From Macrostomum lignano (Eukaryota): a stretch of 64,000 nt of DNA. Shown here piece by piece: positions 48,901 through 60,452 of the stretch. The stretch's first letter is position 1. Each line of letters opens with the position of its first letter. The notes beneath the pieces are model-generated. The model had not been told where the DNA came from, made no database searches, and saw only the letters and a list, made by a program, of their open reading frames with translations. Where the stretch lies: NCBI GenBank assembly GCA_002269645.1, contig NIVC01000234.1:119687-183686 (forward strand), in the 5' to 3' direction. Made by a program: the position numbers and the translations under genes.

Positions 48901-50940
48901 CTAATTTAGGTTTGACATGGTGGCTCTTAAATGTTTGACATGGTGGCTCTTAAATGTTTCAAATGGTGGCTCTTCAATGTTTTACATGGTGGCTCCTAAA
49001 TGTTTGACATGGTGGCTCGTAAATGTTTGACATGGTTGCTCTTTAATGTTCGAAATGGTGGCTCTTTTGTTTTACATGGTGGCTCTTTAATGTTTGACAT
49101 GGTGGCTCTTTAATATTCTACATTGTGGCTCTTAAGTGTTCGAAATGGTGGATCTTTTAGGTTTGACATGATGGCTGTTTAATGTTTGACATGATGGCTC
49201 TCTAATGTTTGACATGATGGCTCTGTAATGTTTGACATGGTAGCTCTTTTATGTTGACATGGTGGTTCTTTTAGGTTTGACATGGTGGCTGTTTAATGTT
49301 CAGTATAATGGCTCTTTAATGTTCAACATAGTGGCTCTTTAATATTCTACATGGTGGCTCTTTTATGTTTAACATGGTGGCTCTTTAATGTTCGAAATGG
49401 TGGCTCTTTTGTTTTACATGGTGGCTCTTTTAGGTTTAACATGGTGGCTCTTTTAGGTTTAACATGGTGGCTCTTTTAGGTTTAACATGGTGGCTCTTTT
49501 ATGCTTGATATGGTGGCTCTTTATTGTTTAACATGGTGACTTTTAATGTTTGACATGGTGGCTCTTTAATGTTCGACATGGTGGCTCTTTAATGTTTGGC
49601 ATGGTGGCTCTTTAATGTTTTACATGGTGGCTCTTTTATGTTCGACATGTTGGCTCTTTAATGTTTGACATGGTAGCTCTTTAATGTTCGACAAAGTGGC
49701 TCCTAAATGTTTGACATAGTGGCTCTTTAATGTTCAAAATGGTGGCTCTTTTATGTTTGACATGGTGGCTCTTTAATGATTGACATAGTGGCTCTTTAAT
49801 GTTCGACATAGTGGCTCTTTAATATTTGACAATGTGGCTTTTGAATGTTTGACATGGTGGCTCTTTAATGTTTGACATGGTAGCTCTGTTATGTTTGACA
49901 TGGTGGCTCTTCTAGTTTTGACGCGAAGGCTCTTAAATGTTTAACATGGTGGCTCTTTAATGTTTCACATGGTGGCTCTTTAATGTTTTACATGGTGGCT
50001 CTTTTATGTTTAACATGGTAGCTCTTTAATATTTTACACGGCGGCTCTTTTATGTTCGACATGGTGGCTCTTTAATGTTCGAAATGGTGGCTCTTTAATG
50101 TTCGAAATGGTGGCTCTTTAATGTTCGAAATGGTGGCTCTTTAATGTTTGACATAAAGTCACTTATATGTTTTACATGGTGCCTCTTGAATATTAGACAT
50201 GGTGGCTCGTTTATGTTTGACATGGTGGCTCTTTTATGTTTGACATGGTAACTCTTTTATGTTCGATATGTTGGCTCTTTAATGTTCGACATGGTGGCTC
50301 TTCTATGTTTGACATTGCGCTTCTTTTATGTTTAGCAGTTTTGTGTTTTTAAGGTGTTTTAATAAAAAAAATCTATTTTGCACTACTAAGATTCGAACCC
50401 AGGTCGCTAAATTAGCATTCCAGTCTGTTCGCATCAGGGCTATCTTTTTTCAATTGGAGAACATGAATTGTGGCCCTTATAATTCAATTCTTAGAGCAAG
50501 TCAATTGGAGTAAAAAGTTATGACATAATCAATTTCTCTGTCAGCCAGAATCAGTCTCAATTTAAGTTGGCAATATGGTTACGCAATTTAAACCAAGTCG
50601 TGTGTGCATTTCTTCGACACTGTTTTCAACTTGTTGTGATGCAATCTTTATCACAATCGGAATTCAGCCAGTCAGTCATTCTTACAATGCATTTCAAGTC
50701 GAAAATTTGGCTTGACCTTTGCAAAAAAGAATGTTTTTCGAATATTTAATCCCTTTAACATTGAGCAATTTCTTAGCCAGGATGCATGTACCGTGCCAGG
50801 AAAATTTCTGATCAAATGGTGCAAGTTTGAAGAAAATCGGTTGAGCCATTTTTTCTGAAATCTATCGCATACCGACAGACAACTCATTTTTAGTATATTG
50901 GAAGCAAGCATACAAATATTAGAGATTTAGTATATTTAGA
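45903..50940 (-). mobile_element. Duplicate of the 5' part of Helitron unit 3 (23-bp satellite + 5' terminal region)
   Basis: Matches 36973-42122 at offset 8933, then 8818 after a 115-bp (5 x 23) deletion. Same TC 5' end at 50940. Confidence 0.9.
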
Positions 50941-51490
50941 TGGCTTGATCGTCTGCAAAGAGTAGGATGAGTGGGAAAGCAGATCTCGTAAGAGAGCGCC
51001 TAGCGCTAGAGAGTTCAAGATATTCAACAATGTCGTCAATATATAGTTCAAAAAGAATGGTAGAGAGAGGGTTGCCTTGAAGAACACCTTTAGATATTGG
51101 GATTGGCTGGGTTTCATCATCATCATCATCTTTTTTTAGAATGAAGCAGGCATTTTTATGCATGTTCTTGATAAGTTCCATCATTTGACCTTTAATACCC
51201 TGATTATCCGTTTTGCACCAAAGGGTCGGTTGATTTAAGCTATCGAAGGCTTTTTCATATTCAACAAATCCAATAAAGAGTTCTTCTTTGTTGTAGATGA
51301 TTGGTTTATAATGTTGTAAAGATTAAAACATTGGTCGATTGTGCTGTGATTGGGCTTGAAACCGTATTGGTATTTTGATATAAGATTGTTTGCGTATGCT
51401 AGGTTTTCGAGTCTGGATTTAATAATTTGGCAAAAGAGCTTGCAAGAATTGGTTGAATGCAGATTCCTCTGTAATTGTTGGGTCGGCACT
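50941..51490 (-). pseudogene. LINE RT N-terminal/core fragment up to the 5' truncation point
   Basis: DP.NYRGICIQPILAKLF...SKYQYGFKP...KAFDS...QGNPLS...FADD, with frameshifts. Confidence 0.88.
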
Positions 51491-52186
51491 GCTGCTGATG
51501 GATGATGTTCAGCCAAATTGAAAAAATATTTAACATTCTCTGTTGTTAATAGGAAATATATACAAAATGAGCAAAAAACTTTTTCACACGAAAAATTTAC
51601 TTATAAAGAATACTACCTTAAGATCGCAAAAGCTTAGGATTGCCCATTAGCAAAGAAAAATATACGCAACTGTGTAATTTGTTTTAATCGTAAATTTTCG
51701 TTACCGAAAACAACTGGACTAACAACAACCAGAGACTTCTTAATCTTATATTCTTTGCTGAAAAAATTCTGCCGACAATGGCGAGGACTAACCTTTTTTT
51801 CAACTCAAAGCTACTTATTATCTGCTTCCCAGATTCACAAATTGAGGTTATGGAAAGGTAGACAAATTTTAAAAACTCAGAAGCTGAGCCTATATCGTTG
51901 GTTTAAGACTGTCCATCGAGCTCGCTGAGAGACGAAACTGCCAGGTTTTTTTGCAGTTTCAGTCGTGGCGTATACATGTATGCATATGTAACACGCGGTA
52001 TTTGCAGCACAAAAACACGAAGGCCCGGCCGTGAGGCAGTGATCGCTTTATTTATGCAAGTTGAAGTTAAGCCTGCGATGTACATAGAGAGCGAACGTAC
52101 ATTAAATCAATACGATGATTCAGCTAATTATTTTCACGATTGCTAACAGTTCAGACTGCCTCTAAGGCAAGGAATAAAATATTACA

Positions 52187-52200
52187 TTTCCCCCACAAAA
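52187..52200 (-). promoter_or_regulatory. Polypurine tract
   Basis: gtgggggaaa abuts the 3' LTR (tgtaat). Confidence 0.8.
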
Positions 52201-52335
52201 GGAGCATAGCAACAGGGAATAAAAAGATGAGAGTGAAACACAGCTAGCGAAATGTAGAGTAAAAAGAGGAACGCAGACTGTAATATACATTTCAATCACA
52301 GTCTCTGACAGTCCATGGCCTCAGTCACTCAGCGC

Positions 52336-55300
52336 TCACACCGAGGTAGTCCGGAGGACGCCGCACCCTGGCCGCGGGTACCGCCGCTCGGCCTGGCTCG
52401 ACTCCGGGGCGACCTCGTGGGTCACCGGCTGCTCGCGGAGCTGCTCCGCATCGGCCTGGGCTGCGAGCCGCCTGCGCAGCCGGTTCACGTGCACCCAGTG
52501 GACCGGCCGAATGCCGAAGGCGCGGCGGATGCGCACCGAGTGGCCGCGCTGCTCGAGCACCGTCCAGTCCGGCTCCCAGTACGGCGCCAGCTTCGATCGC
52601 CGCATCTCGATTCTGAGCAACACCTGGGTGCCTTGCGGAAACTGCGGCAGGTCCGACGCCTTCTTGTCGTGCGCCGCCTTCTGTTGCTGTCCGGCGGTCA
52701 CCAGGTTTTCCTCAACGAACTCGTGGATGCGGGCCAACCGACGCTCCAGCAGCGCCGAGTAGGTGCCGATGTCATACTGCTGCTCGCTGGCCTGCACCTG
52801 CGGTGGAAGCTGCGGGTCGCGGCCGGTCATCACAGTCAGCGGCGTCACCTTGGTTGAGCTGTGGACCCTGGAGTTGTAGGACAGGACCACCAGCGGCAGC
52901 TGCTCCTCCCAGCTGGACTCGGTCTCGGTGAACAGCCGCAGCAGTTGCAACAGCGACTTGTTGCCGCGCTCCACAAGGCCGTTTCCCTGCGGATGGTAGG
53001 GCGATGTGCGCGTCTTCCTGATGCCCAGCACTCGCAGCGTCTCCTGGGACAGCTCGCTCTCGAAGTTCGCGCCCTGATCCGAGTGGATGACCGATGGGAC
53101 TCCGAATAGCGAGAAAACCTTGACTGCAGCGTCCGCGATGGTCTTGGCAGTCTGGTCTGGCATCGGCATGGCGGTCAGGAACTTGGAGAACTGGTCCTGC
53201 ATCACCAGCAGGTATAGCTGTTGCCGCGGTCTGACAGCGGCACCTTCAGCACGTCGATGGCCACAGTCTGCCAGGGCTTGCCGATCGGCATCTCTCCAAG
53301 TGGGGCCGCGGGGCGCTGCTGCGCCTTCTTTAGCTGGCAGGTCTGGCACTCCTGGCAGAAACTCACCACGTCGCTCTGCAGTCCCGGCCAGTACGCGGCC
53401 TGCTTCAGCGTATCGGCCATCTTCTCTGGCCCGAAGTGGCCGCCGATGCCTTCGTGGAAGTCGGTCAGGAACTGGCGCCGCAGCGACTCCGGAATCACAG
53501 GAACGTCTCTCGGTCCTGCGGCGTCGTTGAATGCCCGGCAGAGAAAGCCATCTTGGATCCTCAGCTTCCGCCAGATGCGGCTGAGGTGTCTCAGGCTGGT
53601 GTCCGACCATCTTGGTGGAGTCGTGCTGTCCTTCTCCAGCGCCGCGAGGACCAGCTTGAGCTTCGGATCGGCAAGTTGCGCCTGCCGCATCTCCTGATTG
53701 GACACCTTCGGCTTTAGCTCCGTTGCCGACGCTCCGATCACCTCGCCGTGGCTTTCGTGCATCCTGGACAGGCCGTCCGCCTCCACGTTGTCGACGCCCT
53801 TGGTATACTTGATGGTGAAGGCGAACTCCTGCAGCAGCAACCGCCAGCGCCCAAGCCGGCCATGGCTGTCGACCCGCTGAGAATTCAGAAACGTGAGTGG
53901 GCAGTGGTCGGTGAAGACCGTGAAGTGCCGGCAAGCAGGTAGTGCCTGTAGGTCTTCAGGGCGTGCAGGATAGCCAGGCACTCCTTCTCGACAGTTGAGT
54001 AGCCCTTCTCCGGTGCCGTAAGCGCTCTGCTGCAGTACTCAATCACCTGGTCTCCTTGCTTGAGCACGATGCCGACTCCGGTGTTGCTGGCATCCGTGTA
54101 GAGCTGGAACTCCTTGGAGAAGTCCGGGTGGCCGATGATCGGCGGCTGCTGCAGGGCCTCCTTGAGACGTCGGAATGCCGTGCCGCACTCGCTGGTCCAC
54201 TCGAACTTCTCTGTTTTGCTCGTCAGTCTGTGCAGCGGCCCGGCGATGTCGGAGAAGCTCGGCACGTACTTCCTGTACTGGTTGCAGAGGCCAGGAACTG
54301 CCGCACCTGCGTTGGCGAATGCGATATCGGCCACTCCTGGATAGCGCGCACCTTCTCAGGGCTCACGGTGGCACCCTTGGCCGAGAACACGGTGCCGAGA
54401 AAAGTGACCTCCGGCAGGCCTAGCTGGCACTTGCGCCTCGGACGGTGAGCCCAGCGCCTCTGATCTTCTCGAAGACTTCTCGCAGGTGCCGGAGATGCTC
54501 AGCCTTCGATCTGGAGAAGCACAGCGTGTCGTCCATGTAGGTGAAGGTCTGCGCGGCGCCTTTGAACACGCGGTTCATTAGGATGGTGAACGAGCTCGGG
54601 CCGCCGCAGACGCCCTGCGGCATCCGCTTGAACTGGTACAGCGGCTTTCCGGGCCCTGGGCTGAAGGCCGTCTTCTGCTTGTCTTCCGGCTTCATCGGAA
54701 TTTGGAAGTAGCCGCCGTTCAGGTCGATCACCGAGAAAATCTCGTTGCCAGCCAACTTGTCCTTGACGAAGTCCATCTGCGGAATGCCCTGCGCTGACCG
54801 CACCGTCTTCTTGTTCAGCTCGCGGTAATCGATCGTCAACCGCAGGTCACCGTTATTCTTCCGCACGTACACTGGAGTCGCCACGTACGGGCTGTCCGAC
54901 TCCTCGATGACGTCATTGTCCAGCAGCTCCTGAATCAGCTTCCTCACCTCGGGCTCCCAGTGCACCGGAGCTTCCTCGGCGGGATCCGCACCGGAACATC
55001 GTCAGTCAGCGGGATGCTGTGCTCGTGTCGATCCGTCAGCCCTGGCCGCCTGGTGAAAATGTCGCTGAACTCGCGCACCAAAGCTCGGATGTCCGGTCCT
55101 CCGCGACTGGCAGGTCGATCTTGGTGAAATCCGGCACCAGCTTCTCTTCAATGTCCTCGAGCTGACTGTCAGCATCGAGGTGACTCATGCCGTTGATCAC
55201 ACAAGAGTCCTTTGATGGGGTCTCTGCTGCACTGTCGCTGAAGTCCAGGCACATGTTGCAGGCCTTGATGAAGTCCAGCCCGATGATGACGGCAGCAACC

Positions 55301-56431
55301 AGACCTTCAGACACGTAAAACGGGTGCCGCCGCTCGATGCCGCCGAGCGACACTGCCAGGCTGGCCACCTGCCGCACCGGCACCGCTTGCTGGTTGACTG
55401 CCCGCAGCTCCAGGTGCACGCTCTCCAGCTGAGCTGGCCGCATGCTCTGCAGAACCCGCTTGTCCACGATTGACACCTGGCTGCCTGAGTCGATAATCGC
55501 CGTGACGTCCACGCCTCCGATCCTGCACTGCAGCTTGGATGTCGCCGAGTTCGGCCTGATGACGACAGCTGCTGCGCTGCTGCTGGCTGCACCGCTCCCC
55601 TCTGCGCCCAGGAACAACCCACTCACGCTGGGGCCCGCGCTCAGAACTGGCCAGGGGTGCGGGCTCTGCCCCGGCCTGTGCCGTATCCCGGCGGATGATT
55701 GCAGTTCCTGGCGATGTGGCCGCGGCGGTGGCAGTTCCAGCAGGTCACCTCGCGCTGTCTCCTCGCACTGCGAATCGCGCAGGAGTCCGAAACCTTTGAG
55801 CCCAGCTTTGCCGCCAGGTCTTGGACCGTCGCCTGCAGCGAGCTGACCGCAGCCCTCAGTTCTGCCGTCTCCGCGCTGCCTGCAGCTCCGGCTGCCGCTG
55901 CAAGAGGCTGCTTGAATCCGTCCGTGGTGGCAGAAGGCAGCTCCAGTAGCAGTTGTGCCCGTGCGAGAGCGTCACTCACGGTCTTGGCTGACGCGTCCGC
56001 TCTGATCTGCTTGCTGATGTCCACCGGCAGTCCGCGATGAACTGGTGAGTCAGCATGGTGGCCGTTGCGCCTGCCTCGCTGATGCCAGCGTCCTTTAGCA
56101 GCTGCTTCAGGTGATAGAGAAAGAGCCGAGGAGATTCGCCCGGCAGCAGCTTCCGGCTCTCGAATGCATCCAGCGCTGAGAATTGCTGGCTGTCCGGGTG
56201 AAATGCCTGGCTCAGAGCTTTGGTCACTTTGCTGTAGTCGCTCTTGCTATTCTCGTCGAGCTCAAGAAAAACAGCCAGAGCCTCACCATCCAAAAACGTT
56301 GGCAGGTGCAAATGCTTGTCATTTACCCACTTGTTGGCTGCCGCGCACAGCTCAAACCGCTGGAGCCACTCCTTAAAGTTGCCTGAGCTGAACGCCCTAG
56401 GAATCGCACGGTGACTGCCACCATCTGCCAT
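52336..56431 (-). CDS. Gag-Pol polyprotein of the Gypsy element (reading frame broken by several small indels)
   Basis: ATG 56431 MADGGSHRAIP...WLQRFELCAAANKW; knuckle CWNCHRRGHIARNC; protease IIDSGSQVS; RT RLTIDYRELN, FQIPM, YMDD; RNase H LYTDAS...EKECLA; integrase HEGIGGH...CQECQTC, AID, SDQGANFES, GLVERGN. Confidence 0.9.
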
Positions 56432-56437
56432 AGTACA

Positions 56438-56448
56438 CTCTGCTACCA
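56438..56448 (-). promoter_or_regulatory. Primer-binding site complementary to tRNA-iMet
   Basis: TGGTAGCAGAG lies 2 nt inside the 5' LTR and is complementary to the iMet 3' end CTCTGCTACCA. Confidence 0.88.
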
Positions 56449-57384
56449 CTTGTAACACGCGGTATTTGGCAGCACCAAAAACGCGAAGGCCCCGTGAGGC
56501 AGTGATCGCTTTATTTACGCAAGTTGAAGTTAAGCCTGCGATGTACATAGAGAGCGAACGTACATTAAATCAATACGATGATTCAGCTAATTATTTGTCA
56601 CGATTGCTAACAGTTCGGACTGCCTCTAAGGCAAGGAATAAAATATTACACATATAGCTAAGTACGTATAGCTACTAGTAGTAGCTATAGCTCTTTATAC
56701 AGTGTACATTCAAAAAGCAACTGACTTGAATAGAAATACTAGAGGCCCTTATAATTACAGTAAAACCCATGTATCTGGTGCGACAAAAACAACAAAAGCA
56801 GAATATACAGCTTATAGCACGCTTTCAGCTGGGTCTTTTTGGAAAGCAGCACATTTACATGTACAGTACGATGCGTTTAGTAGTAGGCGTGCGACTGTAA
56901 GCCAGTACGATCGCCTAGCCTACCGAAGGATCGAGGACCACGCCGCCCACAGAATTCCTTTCAACATCTCGACTGGACTGAAAGGTTCTGCTTCCTACAT
57001 GAGAGAGTTCGTTCGCCTTTTCTGTATACCCTACAAATACAATTACATGTACCATGCACACTACTGATTTTCCAACTGATTTAGCTTCCACCTTTTTTAT
57101 TTACACATGATCCCATGTATGATCTGTTGATGACGATAAAATCCCTGACCTAAGCCGGGTTGCTTGGCAGTCGCATATCTGTCACAATGAGTATTTCATG
57201 TTTGCCACGGAGACTGCAGAAGGTGCAGCACAAGTAGTGCATGTTTTCAAATATCGTGAGGATGGCGTGAGGCTAGGTTTACGTCATTTGCATGCGGATC
57301 GTCATCGCGAGACGCAAGATAGATAATCGATCGTATAGGCGTCGTCACAACAATACACCTTTTTGCGTTCTATTTTGATAAATC

Positions 57385-57655
57385 TGCATTCAATTTCGGC
57401 AAACTGGCATCAGCTATATGGCCGCACATCCAAACTGCATTGGAATTCGACAAACCGAGAACCAATTTCGGCAAACTGCATCCAATTTCGGCAACTCGAG
57501 TTTCTATTTAGACAAACTGATATTCAACTTCGGCAAACTGCATTCAATTTCGGCAGACAGCGCCTCGTGACACAGACTGTCTATGTAAATAGGTACGCAT
57601 CTATACCCAAAACTGATTTTCAATTTCGGCAAACTGCACTCAATTTCGACAGCGC
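57385..57655. repeat. Loose direct repeats of caatttcggcaaactgca
   Basis: About 8 dispersed or tandem copies of the motif. Confidence 0.7.
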
Positions 57656-57933
57656 TAATCTAAAAGGGAATAAAGAAAGAAAAGAGGACTTAGGACTTAG
57701 AGTCTGCACTGCATTTGGAGTACAGTTACGGTGTAATTGAATGCGGATCACTTGTGCACGAAGACTATGTGCATCCTGTGCAATTGTTTCTGGCTATGCG
57801 CTTTGTTCCTTCGCGCGCCATGTTTGCTGATGAGTGCACAGGTTTTTGCGTGTTACAGCAGCTTACACCTATATGGAGCCGCGAAACCTGAACGATAACT
57901 CGTCATACCAGAAACCTAGTAAAATTTAGTATG

Positions 57934-57967
57934 CAGGGACTACTCAAACATGTTTGAGTAGTCCCTG
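57934..57967. mobile_element. 34-bp perfectly palindromic minimal hAT element (two 17-bp TIR tips)
   Basis: cagggactactcaaaca|tgtttgagtagtccctg, identical to the termini of the 17923-18101 MITE. Flanked by ttagtatg / gtagtatg (7/8 TSD match). Confidence 0.85.
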
Positions 57968-58106
57968 GTAGTATGTTAGAAGGCTCAAAAGACGAAATCC
58001 TCTATCCTATGAACCACAAAAGTGCATATGCTAGTTTATATAAAGTTTTCTCAACTGACTCAATCTCACGATCTCAATAATTTTTTTACATTCTTTTATG
58101 CCATAG

Positions 58107-60086
58107 TCCCGACGGCTTGGTCCGAAATCGGGCCATAGACAAATTAGACAAATTTTCTTAGTCTAACTTTCACACCGTAGACGTCGGGAGCTGTTAAAGT
58201 CAAATGCATTTCATAGAGTTCTAGCATAGAGTTTCCAAGATCCATTCAAACTAATCGTTTATCAACATACCATGGATTCTGGTGCGAGTTCGGATTCAGC
58301 TGATTCGTCTAGCTATTACTCAACTGCTGACGAGGCCGTTGATGAGTTTGAAGATGAGGTAGAGAACCCAGGAGTCGAACACGTTGGTGAGTGGCAGTGG
58401 CACATGGTTCAAGCTGACACTGATAATCGACCATCAGCCTTGCCTTAATTCCTCGGTACCCCCGGTGCACGACCTGATTGGCATTCTCCACATGCTGCGG
58501 ATGGAAACGAAGAAGCTTTCCTGAAGCTATTTCTGACGGATCAACTGTTTGAAGATATTAGCTGATGGACCAACGCAAAAGCTTGGAAGATCTTTCAGGA
58601 GGCAAAGACTCAGGATGCTGTACCGAAGCTGGTGTTAAACTGGCGTGATTGCTCGACTAATGAAGCTCGAAAAGTTGGTGGGCATTGTGCTGCTCATGGG
58701 AGTCGACAAGAAGCCAGAAATAGCCAGCTACTGGTCAACCGACCTGATCTTTCACTGCCCGTTTCTTTCCAAGCCTTTCTCTCTATCAAGAGACCGATTT
58801 AAGCAGCTCCTGTCGTGTCTCCGTTTCTACGACTGCTCCGAGGCTTTAGGTGCTGGTCCATTGGCAAAGTGAAGCCCTTTCTCGATCGTGTGAGGCACCT
58901 CTGCAGCAATAACTACATGCCACGACAGCGACTTTCAATTGATAAGACGCTGGTGCTTTACAAAGGGAGGGTTGATTTCAAGCAATATATCCCATCGAAG
59001 CGAAGCAAGTATGGCATAAGCTGCTGCCTCTGCGAGACTGAGAGTTCATATTTATGGAACTTCGTCATACACACGTCTCCTGAGGTTAATCAACAGTTTG
59101 GTGAAGGACTCGGATGTCAAGGCTTGAGTATGAGCGAGAGAGTTGTGGCAGAGCTGTGCCGCGGTCTCCTCCATCTCGGACATCATGTGTTCACTGATAG
59201 TTGGTTTACATACGCCGGCTGGCCGATTGGTTGCTGCAACACGATACGCTGCTGCCGGACGGTGCGGAAGGATCGCGGCATTCCCGCTGATTTGCAGGCT
59301 GTCAACATCCACCCAACTTCATCTGCATTCGCACGTTCAGGTGACCTCTTAGCGTGTAAATTTGTCGACAGGAAGCAAAGCGGCACCAAGACTCTGTATT
59401 TGCTGGACACGGTGGGCAAGAAAGAATGCATTCAGGTTCAACGCAACCGCCGCGGTGGTGCAATCGAATTTTTGTTGGTGTTAATGTTCGTTATTTAACT
59501 GAATTGTTATGCGTTGCAATATTCGTTTATGATTTTTTTCGGCTCTATTGCAGTCTCGTGCAAGTGCATGCACAGTTTTGAGTCTCCTATTCAGGCACAA
59601 TCCCTTTACTGGCCGTTCCCTTTCATCGCCTACCCACATGTACCTAACCACCTACTACCTACCTACCTACTCATTGTACCATCCTGCTTACTCGTATCTG
59701 ACACATGCTCCAGTGTTTGCATCTTTTCCTACTTGGAAATTGTCCCTTATAAGTCATGTAATTAGACTATTCCGGCTTCATTGGGAACAAGCTTACTTCC
59801 TACAAACAATTTTTACAGTTTTGTTGAAAACTTCCTCAGTAGTTTTATTATAAACGAATTATTAAAACTACAGGTATGACATATCTAAGCTAAAAATTCT
59901 CATTTTTGCGTAATCTACTACATGTATTTGCAACCTTCTTAGACACTGACTCGAAATCGGGCCATTCCCGTCGGGAACGGGTGTGCTGAGATGATGATTG
60001 ATTTGCCATAGACTTTTACAAACGCACAGCCGTTCGCTTCGGTGCTGGTGGGATGACCCGAAATCGGGCCATCCGCCCGCGCATGG
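58107..60086 (+). mobile_element. Decayed piggyBac-superfamily transposon (left TIR not found)
   Basis: Right end ...gcgcatgg|ttaa (TTAA at 60087-60090). Subterminal inverted pair tcccgacgg (58107) / ccgtcggga (59968); repeated ccgaaatcgggccat motif; transposase remnant inside. Confidence 0.72.
58272..59498 (+). pseudogene. PGBD4-like piggyBac transposase pseudogene, 3'-truncated
   Basis: Acidic N-terminus; FLKLFLTDQLFEDI; LMGVDKKPEIASYWSTD; SRDRFKQLLSCLRF; KVKPFLD; LSIDKTLVLYKGRVDFKQYIPSKRSKYGI; VFTDSWFT. In-frame stops and frameshifts; the third catalytic Asp region and the Cys-rich tail are absent. Confidence 0.88.
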
Positions 60087-60452
60087 TTAAATAACTATAC
60101 TAAACAAATTTGTTAAAAAAGTTAATCGACTGCGGCTTTTTGATTCATCTCTAATTTGAACAGTTTACAGTGTTGCTCGTTGCTAATCGCGATTAAAAGT
60201 GAACGGTGAACATACTTTTCTGACAACAAGAATTTCTAATCACGAAAACGAAGAAAAAAGGAATATAATATGTATGGTTATTGTATTAATAAATAGTTCG
60301 TAATAATTGGTAAGTTCGCAATTATTAGTAGTTATATCGCGACCAAAGTACGCCTGAGGCAATACTTAAGGGACAAAAAAGAACAAAGAAACTTCATGGA
60401 CTAATATTTGCTTATCGTTAAATAGGCCAACAAGAGTATTATCATAACAGCA

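Larger units (their letters stand above)
51987..56650 (-). mobile_element. Full-length Ty3/Gypsy LTR retrotransposon (~4.66 kb, no env)
   Basis: 200-bp LTRs (TG...CA) at 56451-56650 and 51987-52186; 4-bp TSD cata; PBS and PPT present; domain order Gag-PR-RT-RH-IN. Confidence 0.97.

Noticed and set aside
55620-55720. Programmed -1 frameshift between gag (TGA 55641) and pol
   Set aside because: Pol is in the -1 frame, but no canonical slippery heptamer is visible and the element has several other 1-bp losses. It cannot be distinguished from consensus error without accurate reads.
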